From: Minisyncoccota bacterium
GTDB taxonomy: Bacteria; Patescibacteriota; Minisyncoccia; Phycocordibacterales; XYD1-FULL-46-19
Assembly (NCBI GenBank): GCA_041649495.1
Contig: JBAZMZ010000001.1
Span: forward strand, 64,623-128,622
Length of the DNA: 64,000 nt
Reading direction: 5' to 3'
Below the pieces are notes generated by a model. It saw nothing but the letters and a program-made list of their open reading frames with translations, ran no database searches and had not been told where the DNA came from. Both the position numbers and the translations under genes were made by a program. This document shows positions 1-9,800 of the stretch, piece after piece (positions within the stretch are counted from its first letter, which is position 1; every line of letters starts with the position of its first letter).

Positions 1-41
1 AAAAAGCAAAAGTCCCGCCAGGGGCAAACCTTGGGCGGGAC
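1..41 (-). terminator. Intrinsic terminator (GC hairpin plus T-run on minus strand) after the small ORF at 69-188
   Basis: Plus strand gtcccgcc...ggcgggac preceded by an A-run at 1-11, which is a U-run on the minus-strand RNA. Confidence 0.4.
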
Positions 42-68
42 GAACGGTCGGAACTTTGGATTTTCCAC

Positions 69-188
69 TTAGATCAAACGAAGATCTTGGTGGAGGATGA
101 CGAAGGCGATGATGGTCGTAAATCCGGCGAAGATCACCAGAATCTGCCACCATTTGGGACACCAGTTATCGTTGCCTTTTTTCTTCAT
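69..188 (-). CDS. 39-aa hydrophobic/basic small protein (MKKKGNDNWCPKWWQILVIFAGFTTIIAFVILHQDLRLI)
   Basis: ATG preceded by GGAGGGG SD and followed by a terminator; below the ORF-track length cutoff. Confidence 0.3.
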   Translation of the reverse strand: MKKKGNDNWCPKWWQILVIFAGFTTIIAFVILHQDLRLI

Positions 189-241
189 AATCCCCTCCCG
201 TGGTTGTTTCTGGCCCTAATGATAATCCCGAAACTGATTAT

Positions 242-270
242 TAGTCAAATTTCCCAAATCGATTTATAAT
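242..270 (+). promoter_or_regulatory. Sigma70-like promoter TAGTCA-17-TATAAT upstream of the smc-like gene
   Basis: Hexamers with 17-bp spacing lie 8 bp before the ATG at 278. Confidence 0.35.
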
Positions 271-277
271 AGATCCA

Positions 278-2545
278 ATGACTCTCAAAAAATTGGAGTT
301 ATCGGGGTTCAAGAGTTTTGGGCGCAAGGAGACGTTCCTTTTTGACGCGCCGGTGGTGGCGATTGTCGGGCCGAATGGTTCGGGCAAGAGCAATGTGGCT
401 GAGGCTTTTCGTTGGGTGTTGGGCGAGCAATCGCTCAAGTCTCTGCGCGGGAAGAAGGGCGAAGACCTTATTTTTAACGGCTCAACGACGTTGAGCCGTT
501 TGTCACGCGCCTCGGTGGCGGTCACTTTTGATAATACTAATCGCCATTTCTCGACTATCGATTTTGACGAGGTGGTGATTGCCCGCGAAGTCTTTCGCGA
601 TGGTTCTAATGAGTACAAAATTAACGGCTCGGTCGTGCGTTTGCGCGATATTATTGAACTCTTGGCCAGTATTTCGCTGGGCGCTTCGGGGCATCATATT
701 ATTAGTCAGGGTGAAGCCGATCGGATTTTGAACGCTAATGCGGTTGAGCGTCGAACGATGATTGAGGACGCATTGGGTTTGAAGATTTATCAATGGAAAC
801 TGGGCGAGAGCGAAAAGAAATTAGCCAAGACCGAAGATAATATTAAACAAGTCGAATCAATTCGACGCGAGATTGTGCCTCATCTGAAATTCTTAAAAAA
901 GCAGGTTGAGAAAATCGAGAAAGTAAGAGAGCTTAAAACTGAATTGCAAAACTTGTATGGTGATTATCTTAAACGCGAAGAATTATATTTAGGGAAGACT
1001 AAAGAAAAATTAGCGAACGAAATGGCTGGGCCTCAAACTCAACTCGAAAGTGTGGCTTGGCAATTGAGCGAACGAGAAGCCCGGCAACAAAACGGGGGTC
1101 ATCAGGCCGAGATAATCGAAGAAGAAAATCAATTGCGAGAATTAGAAACTAAAATCCGAACTCTTCGTCTCCAGAAAGATGATTTAGCCCGGGCTCTAGG
1201 ACGATTAGAAGGTTTGCTTGAGGTCAAAGAGAAAGAGGTTAAGAGAGTAGCGCCGGGAATTAAAATTCCGTTAGCCGAAGCAGAGGCTTGGGTGAGTGAT
1301 TTGGATAATAAATTTGGCGAGATTGAGCAGGCGACGGATTTCGAAGCCGTAAAAAATACGGTCAGAAATTTACGCGCCCATCTTCATGATTTTCTCAAGA
1401 GTTACGAAACAAAAGAAGAGGTTAATTTAGCCAATTCAGGGCAAACTGGTCTCGATCAGATTAAAGAAGAACATAATAAATTGCTAGAGAAAGTTGAAGA
1501 TTTAGACAGAGAGGAAATCAAATGGCAAGGTGAGGTGGCAGATCGCCAAGAGAAAATTGTTCGGTTGCGTCAAACGGCGCAAACGGCCGAGCACGACTTT
1601 TACGAATTGCGAGCCAAGAAAAGTGAGCTTGATCTCCAAGTCAAAACTCTTTTAGCCAAACAAGAAACGTTAAGTTTAGAAGAAGAAAATTTCAAACGCG
1701 AAGTGGGCGAAGCGGGGATTTTGATTGGGCGAGCTGTTTTGGATTATGAAAATATCTCGCTCGATTGGGCCGAAATAAAAAATGAAGACCGGAGCGTCCA
1801 AGAAGATCGTCGACGAAAAATCGAACGAATTAAAATTCGGTTAGAGGATCTGGGGGTGGAGAGTGGGGAAGTTTTGCGGGAGCATGACGAAGTGGTGGCG
1901 CGCGACGAATTTTTAGCGAGAGAACTTCAAGACTTAGCCGGTAGTCGGGAATCACTTCTGGCGATTATGGCTGATTTGCGCGCCAAAATTGACGCCGAAT
2001 TTTCGACCGGGATTGTTAAAATCAATCAAGAATTCCAAAAATTCTTTGTCCTGCTTTTCGGTGGGGGTAACGCGGGGTTGGAATTATTGAAACCAATTAA
2101 AAAGCGAGATGATTTGAGTTTAAGTTTGGGGGATGAGGAAATGGGTGGGTCCTCCTTCGCCGAGGCTTCGGAGGACGACTCCAGTCTAAAGCCTGGAGTC
2201 GAGATCAACGTGAGTTTGCCTCGCAAAAAGACCAAAGGTCTCGCGATGCTTTCGGGTGGGGAGCGGGCGCTCACTTCGATTGCTTTGCTTTTTGCGATGT
2301 CGCAAGTGAATCCGCCACCATTTTTGATTCTTGACGAAACGGATGCGGCGCTCGATGAAGCTAATTCCCGAAAATATGCCGATATGATTGAAAACTTATC
2401 TAAATATTCTCAATTGATTCTCATCACGCATAATCGCGAAACAATGTCTCGCGCCGGTATTCTCTACGGTGTGACGATGGGTTCCGATTCGATCTCGCGC
2501 TTGATTTCGATTAAGTTTGATGAGGCGACGCAGTATGCCAAGTAG
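278..2545 (+). CDS. smc: SMC-family chromosome segregation ATPase, short form (755 aa)
   Basis: N-terminal FKSF...GPNGSGKSN Walker A and the conserved RWVLGEQS motif; C-terminal LSGGERALTSIALLFAM signature plus LILDETDAALD Walker B; central coiled-coil composition. Confidence 0.8.
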   Translation: MTLKKLELSGFKSFGRKETFLFDAPVVAIVGPNGSGKSNVAEAFRWVLGEQSLKSLRGKKGEDLIFNGSTTLSRLSRASVAVTFDNTNRHFSTIDFDEVVIAREVFRDGSNEYKINGSVVRLRDIIELLASISLGASGHHIISQGEADRILNANAVERRTMIEDALGLKIYQWKLGESEKKLAKTEDNIKQVESIRREIVPHLKFLKKQVEKIEKVRELKTELQNLYGDYLKREELYLGKTKEKLANEMAGPQTQLESVAWQLSEREARQQNGGHQAEIIEEENQLRELETKIRTLRLQKDDLARALGRLEGLLEVKEKEVKRVAPGIKIPLAEAEAWVSDLDNKFGEIEQATDFEAVKNTVRNLRAHLHDFLKSYETKEEVNLANSGQTGLDQIKEEHNKLLEKVEDLDREEIKWQGEVADRQEKIVRLRQTAQTAEHDFYELRAKKSELDLQVKTLLAKQETLSLEEENFKREVGEAGILIGRAVLDYENISLDWAEIKNEDRSVQEDRRRKIERIKIRLEDLGVESGEVLREHDEVVARDEFLARELQDLAGSRESLLAIMADLRAKIDAEFSTGIVKINQEFQKFFVLLFGGGNAGLELLKPIKKRDDLSLSLGDEEMGGSSFAEASEDDSSLKPGVEINVSLPRKKTKGLAMLSGGERALTSIALLFAMSQVNPPPFLILDETDAALDEANSRKYADMIENLSKYSQLILITHNRETMSRAGILYGVTMGSDSISRLISIKFDEATQYAK

Positions 2546-2624
2546 GCACTCGGCTTAGTAATTTTGAAAACCACACAAAAATCTCCGGCGAAGATTTTAA
2601 GGCGAGGTTTTTCAAACAATCAAC

Positions 2625-4316
2625 CTAAGCGAGTTCAAAATCAATCAACCTTTTTTCTTCATCCGCCGAGAGGACGCGGACTTTGACGGTTTGGCCGAGG
2701 TGGTAGGTCGTGTGGGTGCGTTTGCCGATGACGCGCATCTTTTTTTCATCAAAAATATAATAATCTTTGGGGAGATTGCTGAAGTGGACAAGGCCACGGG
2801 CGCCGGTTGAGAGTTCTTCGATGAACAGGCCAAAATTGGCCAGCCAAGCAATAAGGCCATCATAAGTTTTATCTTTGCGCTCCTCGAGGTAACGGCATTG
2901 GGCAAGTTTGATCGAATCGCGTTCGGCGATGGTCGCGAATTGTTCGCGTTCGCTGGCATTAGTGCAAAGTTGGTCAAGATTTTGTAAAAGTTCGAAAGGG
3001 ATTGGTTGCTTGCGTAAATAATAATCAAACAATCTGTGCACGAGCAAATCAGGATAACGGCGAATGGGCGACGTGAAATGGGTGTAATGTTTGAAGGCCA
3101 GACCAAAATGGCCAATATTTTTGGTCGAGTAAGTGGCGCGACTCATTGAGCGAACGGCGGCGTCGTTGATTACATCCTCGTCGGGCGAACCGGCCAGCGT
3201 TTTAAGAAAGGAGTTTAGAACCTGCGGGGTGATTTTTTTGCTTGCCCTGAGCGCCGTCGAAGGGTGCCCGAAGAGTTTAACAAAAGCGAAAAAGTCTTGG
3301 AGTTTTTCGGGGTCGGGTCGATCATGAACGCGGTAAACAAAAGCGTGGTCCTGATTTTTAATTAATTTTGAAACGTGCTCGGCGACTTGCTTATTGGCCA
3401 AGAGCATAAAATCTTCCACTAATTTGTGGCTCTCTAACCTTTCCTCTTTAATGATCGAAATGGGCTTGCCCTCGGTGTCAACTTCGTAATGGTACTCGTC
3501 TTCTTCGAAAGTGAGGGCGCCAGCTTTGATTTTTTTCTTGTCTAATTTGTGAGCGAGGTCTTTGAGTTTTGCTAACTCGGTGCGAAATTCCCCAGCTGAT
3601 TGAAGTTCGACTTCAAGAGAGCCCGAAGTCGAACTTCGATCAGCGTCGCCTTTCACAAAATTATTCTTTCCCTCGCTTCGCTCGGGATCTTCGGCCCTTG
3701 TTGCCACAAGGGCCTCGACTTCCTCATAAGTGAATCGCTTGTTCGAATTAATAACGGTGCGACCGAACCACTCGTTTAAAATATTGGCTTCGTTGTCCAT
3801 CGTGAAAACGGCCGAGAAGGCGAGGCGATCAACGCCCGGCTTGAGACTGCATAAATCGTTCGAAAGGGCGTGGGGGAGCATGGGGATGACTCGATCGATT
3901 AAATAAATTGAAGTGGCGCGCTTTTGGGCCTCGGCATCAAGTTTGGTCCCCAGACGAACATAAAAAGAGACATCAGCAATATGCACTCCAACTTCATATT
4001 GCTTCGCCTCGCCGGAGCCTCTCGCCTCGCCAGAGCTTTCGGCGTAGCGTGGGTTGGCGGAGGCGGGGATGACTTCGCGAAGCGAGAGGGCATCGTCGAA
4101 ATCGCGAGCTCTTACTGGGTCAATAGTTACAGTAAAAACATCACGAAAATCGCGTCTCTCGCCCCTAGCTATTTCTTGCTCAATACTGGCTTGGCCGTGA
4201 CTCGCAATGTCATCTGCTTCAGCTAGAACCTCTGGCGGGAAGGGCATTTCAAGCGTTTCGCTATCGACAAAAATTTTCTCTTTTTTGGGTAATTTGGCTT
4301 TTTTTTCTTGGCTCAT
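2625..4316 (-). CDS. rnr: RNase R / RNase II family 3'-5' exoribonuclease with C-terminal S1 domain
   Basis: RNB-domain motif HFGLAFKHYTHFTSPIRRYPDLLVHR; start placed at MSQEKK (cat at 4314-4316), downstream of a TATACT -10 box. Confidence 0.85.
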   Translation of the reverse strand: MSQEKKAKLPKKEKIFVDSETLEMPFPPEVLAEADDIASHGQASIEQEIARGERRDFRDVFTVTIDPVRARDFDDALSLREVIPASANPRYAESSGEARGSGEAKQYEVGVHIADVSFYVRLGTKLDAEAQKRATSIYLIDRVIPMLPHALSNDLCSLKPGVDRLAFSAVFTMDNEANILNEWFGRTVINSNKRFTYEEVEALVATRAEDPERSEGKNNFVKGDADRSSTSGSLEVELQSAGEFRTELAKLKDLAHKLDKKKIKAGALTFEEDEYHYEVDTEGKPISIIKEERLESHKLVEDFMLLANKQVAEHVSKLIKNQDHAFVYRVHDRPDPEKLQDFFAFVKLFGHPSTALRASKKITPQVLNSFLKTLAGSPDEDVINDAAVRSMSRATYSTKNIGHFGLAFKHYTHFTSPIRRYPDLLVHRLFDYYLRKQPIPFELLQNLDQLCTNASEREQFATIAERDSIKLAQCRYLEERKDKTYDGLIAWLANFGLFIEELSTGARGLVHFSNLPKDYYIFDEKKMRVIGKRTHTTYHLGQTVKVRVLSADEEKRLIDFELA

Positions 4317-4359
4317 ACTGGGGAGTATAGCACATTTACCCCGAATTTCGAGGGGCATG

Positions 4360-4388
4360 TTGACCTTTGACCATTATTTTGTTAGTAT
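4360..4388 (+). promoter_or_regulatory. Promoter TTGACC-17-TAGTAT for rpsP, divergent from the rnr promoter
   Basis: Hexamers lie 10 bp upstream of the rpsP ATG. Confidence 0.4.
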
Positions 4389-4398
4389 GCTGTCTACA

Positions 4399-4884
4399 AT
4401 GTTAATGATTAGATTACAACGGGTGGGACGCAAAAATAACCCCTCTTTTCGGGTCGTGGTTGTCGACTCGCGCGAATCAGCCAAGACTGGTAAAGTGATT
4501 GAGGTGGTGGGCTCGCATGATTCTCGTGCTCGTCGCACCGAGCTTAAGGCTGAGCGGATTAACCATTGGCTCTCAATGGGCGCTAAGACCTCAAATACGG
4601 TTAATAATCTCTTGATTAAGAAGGAAGTTGTTACCGGCAAAACGATTGATGTTTCATCTAAAAAATTAGGCAAAAAGGCTAAGGCGGCGGTTGAAGCGGC
4701 CAAAGCTTCAGAAGAAAAGGCGGCCCAAGCCGTGGCTGAAACTCCAGCCGAGACTCCCGCTGAGACCCCAGTGGCCGAGGCTCCCGCTGAAACTCCGGGT
4801 GAAGAAATTGTTGCCGAAATTCCCGCCACCGAAACTCCTGCCGAAGAAATTATCGCTGAACCAGTTGTTGAAGAAGCTGTCTAA
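4399..4884 (+). CDS. rpsP: 30S ribosomal protein S16 with a long low-complexity C-terminal extension (KA-rich then AETP repeats)
   Basis: MLMIRLQRVGRKNNPSFRVVVVDSR...ERINHWLSMGAK matches the S16 fold; 162 aa against about 85 aa typical. Confidence 0.85.
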   Translation: MLMIRLQRVGRKNNPSFRVVVVDSRESAKTGKVIEVVGSHDSRARRTELKAERINHWLSMGAKTSNTVNNLLIKKEVVTGKTIDVSSKKLGKKAKAAVEAAKASEEKAAQAVAETPAETPAETPVAEAPAETPGEEIVAEIPATETPAEEIIAEPVVEEAV

Positions 4885-4986
4885 TATTTTTTGACAAAAA
4901 TTTAGGCTGGCTTTATTATAGAGCTATGTTCGTTGTGGCCGTTTCGGTCAGGTCGAAAGATTATCAGAACCAAAAGATTTACAGTT

Positions 4987-5316
4987 ATGAATCAAGATCA
5001 GCAATTTCTCGAGTATGTCATTAAGGTGTTAGTTGATAAGCCGGAGGCGGTGAAAATCGACCGCAAGGTTGATGAGATGGGCGTATTGATGACTCTAGAG
5101 GTTGACCCGATTGATATGGGTAAGATCATTGGTCGTCAAGGTAACACGGCCAAAGCAATCCGCACCCTGCTTCGTGTGGTGGGGATGAAGATGAACGCTC
5201 GGGTTAATTTGAAGATTAACGAACCGGAGGGCGGGATGCGCCCAGCGTCGGCCCCAGTCGCGGGGAGCGCGGCCAGTTCGGTTGATGCCGCGATGGACGA
5301 CTTGAAAGATCTTTAG
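4987..5316 (+). CDS. KH-domain RNA-binding protein (YlqC/UPF0109-like)
   Basis: GKIIGRQGNTAKAIRTL KH motif; conserved position after rpsP. Confidence 0.8.
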   Translation: MNQDQQFLEYVIKVLVDKPEAVKIDRKVDEMGVLMTLEVDPIDMGKIIGRQGNTAKAIRTLLRVVGMKMNARVNLKINEPEGGMRPASAPVAGSAASSVDAAMDDLKDL

Positions 5317-5397
5317 ATCGTAGAATTTACAAAAACAAGAAACTGTGATATTATAGAAATATCGCAGTTTCTTTGTTTATTAGTTAAAAATAATAAT

Positions 5398-5799
5398 ATG
5401 AAAAAATATCTTCTTTCCGTGATCCTGTTGACACTGGTTTTCTCACCAGCCTTGACTTATGGTGCGACCAATAATAGTGCCTTGATTGCTCAATTGAGGG
5501 CTCGGGTTGCTGACTTGCAAAGACAATTGGTTTTGCTCCAAAATCAATCAACCATTAATTGCCCCCTCGATAAAGATTTGACTCTGGGTGATGGTCACGG
5601 CAATGGTTTGGGCGCGAATGTTGTCTTGCTTCAAAATTGGCTTCGGGCAAGCGGTTATCTTAATATCCCGAAACCGACTGGCTATTTTGGCCCCCTGACA
5701 AGGTCAGCGCTGAAACATTGGCAAAGAGACAATAACTTAACCGCCACGGGCAAAATTAGCGCGGGCGAACGGTTGGCTTTATGCGGTCAGGTTAATTAA
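5398..5799 (+). CDS. Secreted small protein with C-terminal peptidoglycan-binding-like domain
   Basis: Signal peptide, coiled-coil segment, and LLQNWL...YFGPLTRSALKHWQ PG_binding_1-like motif. Confidence 0.5.
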   Translation: MKKYLLSVILLTLVFSPALTYGATNNSALIAQLRARVADLQRQLVLLQNQSTINCPLDKDLTLGDGHGNGLGANVVLLQNWLRASGYLNIPKPTGYFGPLTRSALKHWQRDNNLTATGKISAGERLALCGQVN

Positions 5800-5830
5800 A
5801 AAAATATTTTTTTTGCTGGTGGTTGAGAAT

Positions 5831-6541
5831 ATGTTAAATTTTCACATTATTACTTTGTTTCCGGAAGCGGTGGCGAGTTATTTGGACTCGTCGATTCTTG
5901 GCCGAGCGCAAAAAGAGAAGAAGATAAAAATTTCTTATTATAATCCGCGGGATTTCGCCGGCACCGTTGGCCAATCGGTGAAGGGTCAATTGGATTATAA
6001 AAAAACGGATGGTCGACCTTATGGTGGCGGGCCCGGAATGGTGATGTTGGCCGAGCCGGTGCTTAAGGCGGTGGCTAAAGCCAAATCAAAAATCAAGAGC
6101 CAAAAATCAAAGATTTTTATTTTCTCGCCAGCCGGTGAATTATTTGATAACAAATTAGCTGATAAATTGACGGGATTTAAAAAAGGAAAATGGTTCGACA
6201 AGCTCACTACTAGGCATATTGTCCTAGTTTGCGGACGATACGAAGGTTTAGACGCGCGGGTAAAAAAAATTCTCAAAGCGACCGATCTTTCGGTTGGTCC
6301 GTATGTTTTGACCGGCGGGGAAGTGCCGGCGATGATTGTCGTCGACGCCATTACCCGTCGTTTGCCGGGGGTGTTGGGGAAAGATGAATCAATTGAAGAA
6401 CGTCGCATTTCAAGCGCTGAAGTTTATACTCGTCCAGAGGTTCTTACCTTTGACCATAAAAAATATCGCGTGCCCAAAGTCCTCCTTTCTGGCCACCACG
6501 CCGAGATTGATCAGTGGAGATTGAAGAAGGGGGAGGGATAG
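5831..6541 (+). CDS. trmD: tRNA (guanine37-N1)-methyltransferase
   Basis: IITLFPE..., GGGPGMVM, VCGRYEGLDARV and LTGGEVPAMIVVDA motifs. Confidence 0.9.
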   Translation: MLNFHIITLFPEAVASYLDSSILGRAQKEKKIKISYYNPRDFAGTVGQSVKGQLDYKKTDGRPYGGGPGMVMLAEPVLKAVAKAKSKIKSQKSKIFIFSPAGELFDNKLADKLTGFKKGKWFDKLTTRHIVLVCGRYEGLDARVKKILKATDLSVGPYVLTGGEVPAMIVVDAITRRLPGVLGKDESIEERRISSAEVYTRPEVLTFDHKKYRVPKVLLSGHHAEIDQWRLKKGEG

Positions 6542-6560
6542 AAAAATTTGTTAACACTTT

Positions 6561-6642
6561 CGAACGGTCGTCACGGATTGTTAACATTTTTGATATTGGT
6601 TAGATACTGAAAACCGACTAACAATATTTCGACGACCGTCGG
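6561..6642 (+). other. Nested stem-loop element in the trmD-rpoB spacer
   Basis: Outer stem CGAACGGTCGTC/GACGACCGTCGG encloses an inner hairpin ATATTGGTTAG/CTAACAATAT. Confidence 0.35.
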
Positions 6643-6740
6643 GAAATAGTTAGTCTGATACGAGTTACCATCATACGACCATTGCTCCATCGCTACGCTC
6701 AGGGTTATCCACAGTTTTGGGGTATTGACAGGAAAAAGGT

Positions 6741-6769
6741 TTGACATTTGGTAAAGCTTGATATATGAT
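6741..6769 (+). promoter_or_regulatory. Sigma70-like promoter TTGACA-17-TATGAT upstream of rpoB
   Basis: Consensus -35 and near-consensus -10; a DnaA-box-like TTATCCACA sits at 6705-6713 just upstream. Confidence 0.4.
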
Positions 6770-6898
6770 AAAGGTCAGTCAGCTGGATTGAGTTTTTCAC
6801 GTGACTCTAGCAATAGACATCTCTTTTTTACCCGGTTTACCGGAATTTTGGTTTCGGGCTTTATTATTTTTATAAATCTAACTTAACCCCCGTTCATA

Positions 6899-9800
6899 AT
6901 GAAGAAAAAATATTTCTCGCATTATAAGAAGCCGTTGGCTTCGATGCCGGACCTGGTCGAAGTGCAGAACAAGTCTTACGAATGGTTAATTAAAGAAGGG
7001 CTCAAAGAACTTTTCAAAGAATACTCGCCGATTAAAGATTATTCAGACAAAAAATTCTCACTCGAATTTGTCGGCTTCCAGCTCGATGAACCGAAATTTG
7101 ATGAGTATTACGCGCGTGACAATAACTTGTCTTACGACGCGCCTTTGCGTGTGCGGGTGAAGTTGACTAATCGCTCGCTTAATTTAGAAAAAGAGCAAGA
7201 GATTTTCTTAGCGGATTTCCCCTTGATGACCAATCATGGGACTTTTGTGATTAACGGCATTGAGCGAGTAATTGTGCCTCAATTAGCGCGATCGTTTGGT
7301 GTTTTCTTCACGGCGAACGAATTAAAAGGGCGAAAATTCTTTGGCGCCAAAATTCTTCCGGCGCGGGGAGCTTGGATTGAATTTGAGACCGAAATTGATG
7401 ACGTGATTTATGTGCGAATTGATCGCAAGCGAAAATTCCCAGTGACTTCGTTGTTGCGCGTTTTTGCTGACCGTGACGGCCTAGAAGCGACGGATGAAAA
7501 ATTGATCCAAGCTTTTGCTGATCGCCAGGTTGATATTACTTATATCCAGAAGGCTTTAGCTAAAGATCATGCTAAAACGGCGCTCGACTCGTTTGTCGAA
7601 ATTTACAAGCGTTTGCGTGATAGTGACTTGGCTACGCCGGCGAACTCAAAGGAATTTGTCCGCGGGATGTTTGATCGCGAGAAATATGATCTCTCTTCAG
7701 TTGGGCGTTTGCGCTTCAATCAACGTTTTGGTTTGAAGGCGACCGAGGCCGAAAGAGAGAATCGAACACTCACTTTCGATGATATTGTTATGATTGTCTC
7801 TAATATCATCACTCTCAATACGACTAAGAATGCTAAGGAGGATGATATCGACCACCTGGGTTTTCGTCGAGTACGTTGCGTCGGCGAAATGTTGCAAGCC
7901 AAACTCAAGGTGGGGATGATGCAAATGAGACGCAATATCCAAGATCGCATGTCGACGGTGGACGCGGAAACTTTGTTGCCAGTCCAAATTATCTCACCCC
8001 GGCCACTTCAGGCGCGATTGAAAGAATTTTTCTCAACAAACCAATTGTCCCAATTTATGAGCCAAGAAAATATCCTGGCCGAATTGGAACACTTGCGCAC
8101 CTTGTCGGCCTTAGGGCCAGGCGGTCTCACTCGCGAGCGAGCTGGCTTGGAGGTGCGTGACGTGCACTCTTCGCATTATGGTAAAGTCTGTCCTATCCAT
8201 ACCCCCGAAGGTCCGAATATTGGTTTGATTTTGCACTTATCTTCCTACGCTCGCGTTAATGAATTTGGAATTATTGAGGCACCATATCGCAAAGTGGAGA
8301 AAGGCAAAATTACCGACGAAGTCGTCTTTTTGAATGCTTTCGAAGAAGAGCGTCACGTGGTGGCTCACGCTAGTGTGGCTTACGACGAGAATGGGAAATT
8401 GCTCGAGGAGTTGGTTGAAGCGCGCAAGAATGCTAACCCCGGTTTAGTTAAGCGTGAGGAGGTAGAATATATTGACGTGGCGCCGAATCAAGCTTACTCC
8501 ATTGCGACCTCGATGATTCCGTTTTTGGAACATGATGATGCGAATCGCGCCTTGATGGGTTCGAACATGCAGAAGCAGGCGGTACCTTGTATTTGCCCTG
8601 AAGCGGCCTTGGTCGCGACTGGGGCTGAAGATCGGGCGGCGCATGATTCGGGCCGATTAGTTTTGGCTCAAAATCCCGGTACGGTTATTAAAGCTGATGG
8701 CCAACAGATTGTGGTCAAGAAGGAGGACGGCCTGCCCGGCCAGGGCAAGGGTGACACTTACGCTCTGGCCAATTTCAAAATGACGAACGATTACACTTGC
8801 TTTCATCATCGGCCGATTGTTAATGTGGGTGATGTGGTAAAGAAGGGTGATTTATTGGCTGACTCTTCGTCAACGGTTAATGGTCAATTAGCCTTGGGTC
8901 AAAATGTCTTTGTTGCTTTCATGCCGTGGGGTGGAGCAAATTATGAGGACGCCATTATTTTGTCGGAACGCTTGGTGAAGAATAGTAAATTCACCTCAGT
9001 CTTTATTGAAGAATTTGAGACGAATGTGCGCGATACCAAACTCGGGCCCGAAATTACGACTCACGATATCCCGAATGTTGGCGAAGCGAAATTAAAAAAT
9101 CTGGACGAAGACGGCATTGTTCGTTTGGGGGCTGAAGTTGAACAAAATGATATTTTAGTTGGCAAAATTACACCGAAGGGGGAGACCGAATTAACGCCAG
9201 AGGAACGCTTGCTTCGCGCCATTTTTGGCGACAAAGCGCGCGACGTGAAAGATAGCTCGCTCCGAATGCCTCACGGTCGCAAGGGTCGGGTGATTGGGGT
9301 CAAAGTTTTCTCGCGCGAGCAGGGCGACAAATTGGAATCGGGGATTATTAAGAAAGTTAAAATCCAAGTGGCTCAATTGCGTAATGTTCAAGCGGGCGAT
9401 AAATTGGCTGGCCGGCACGGTAACAAGGGGGTTATTTCCAAAATTTTACCCGAAGAGGATATGCCTTATATGGCTGATGGCACGCCAGTGGACGTAATCC
9501 TAACGCCACTCGGTGTTCCGTCTCGTATGAACTTAGGTCAGATTTTCGAAATGCACTTAGGTTTGGCGGCCAACACGCTGGGCTATCAAGCGATTACGCC
9601 AGTTTTCGCGGGGGTGACTGAAGAAGAAATTAAGACCGAATTGAAGTCGGCTGGCTTCTCGACTGATGGCAAGGTTAATTTGCTTGACGGACAAACTGGT
9701 GAGGCCTTCGGTCAACCGGTAGCGATTGGTTATATGTATATGCTCAAATTGGCGCACATGGTGGAAGACAAAATTCACATGCGCTCGATTGGCCCTTACT

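Noticed and set aside
4207-4398. Upstream in-frame extension of rpsP (ORF called from 4207)
   Set aside because: The TTGACC-17-TAGTAT promoter lies inside this extension. The S16 homology begins at MLMIRLQ, so the true start is at 4399 (or 4405).
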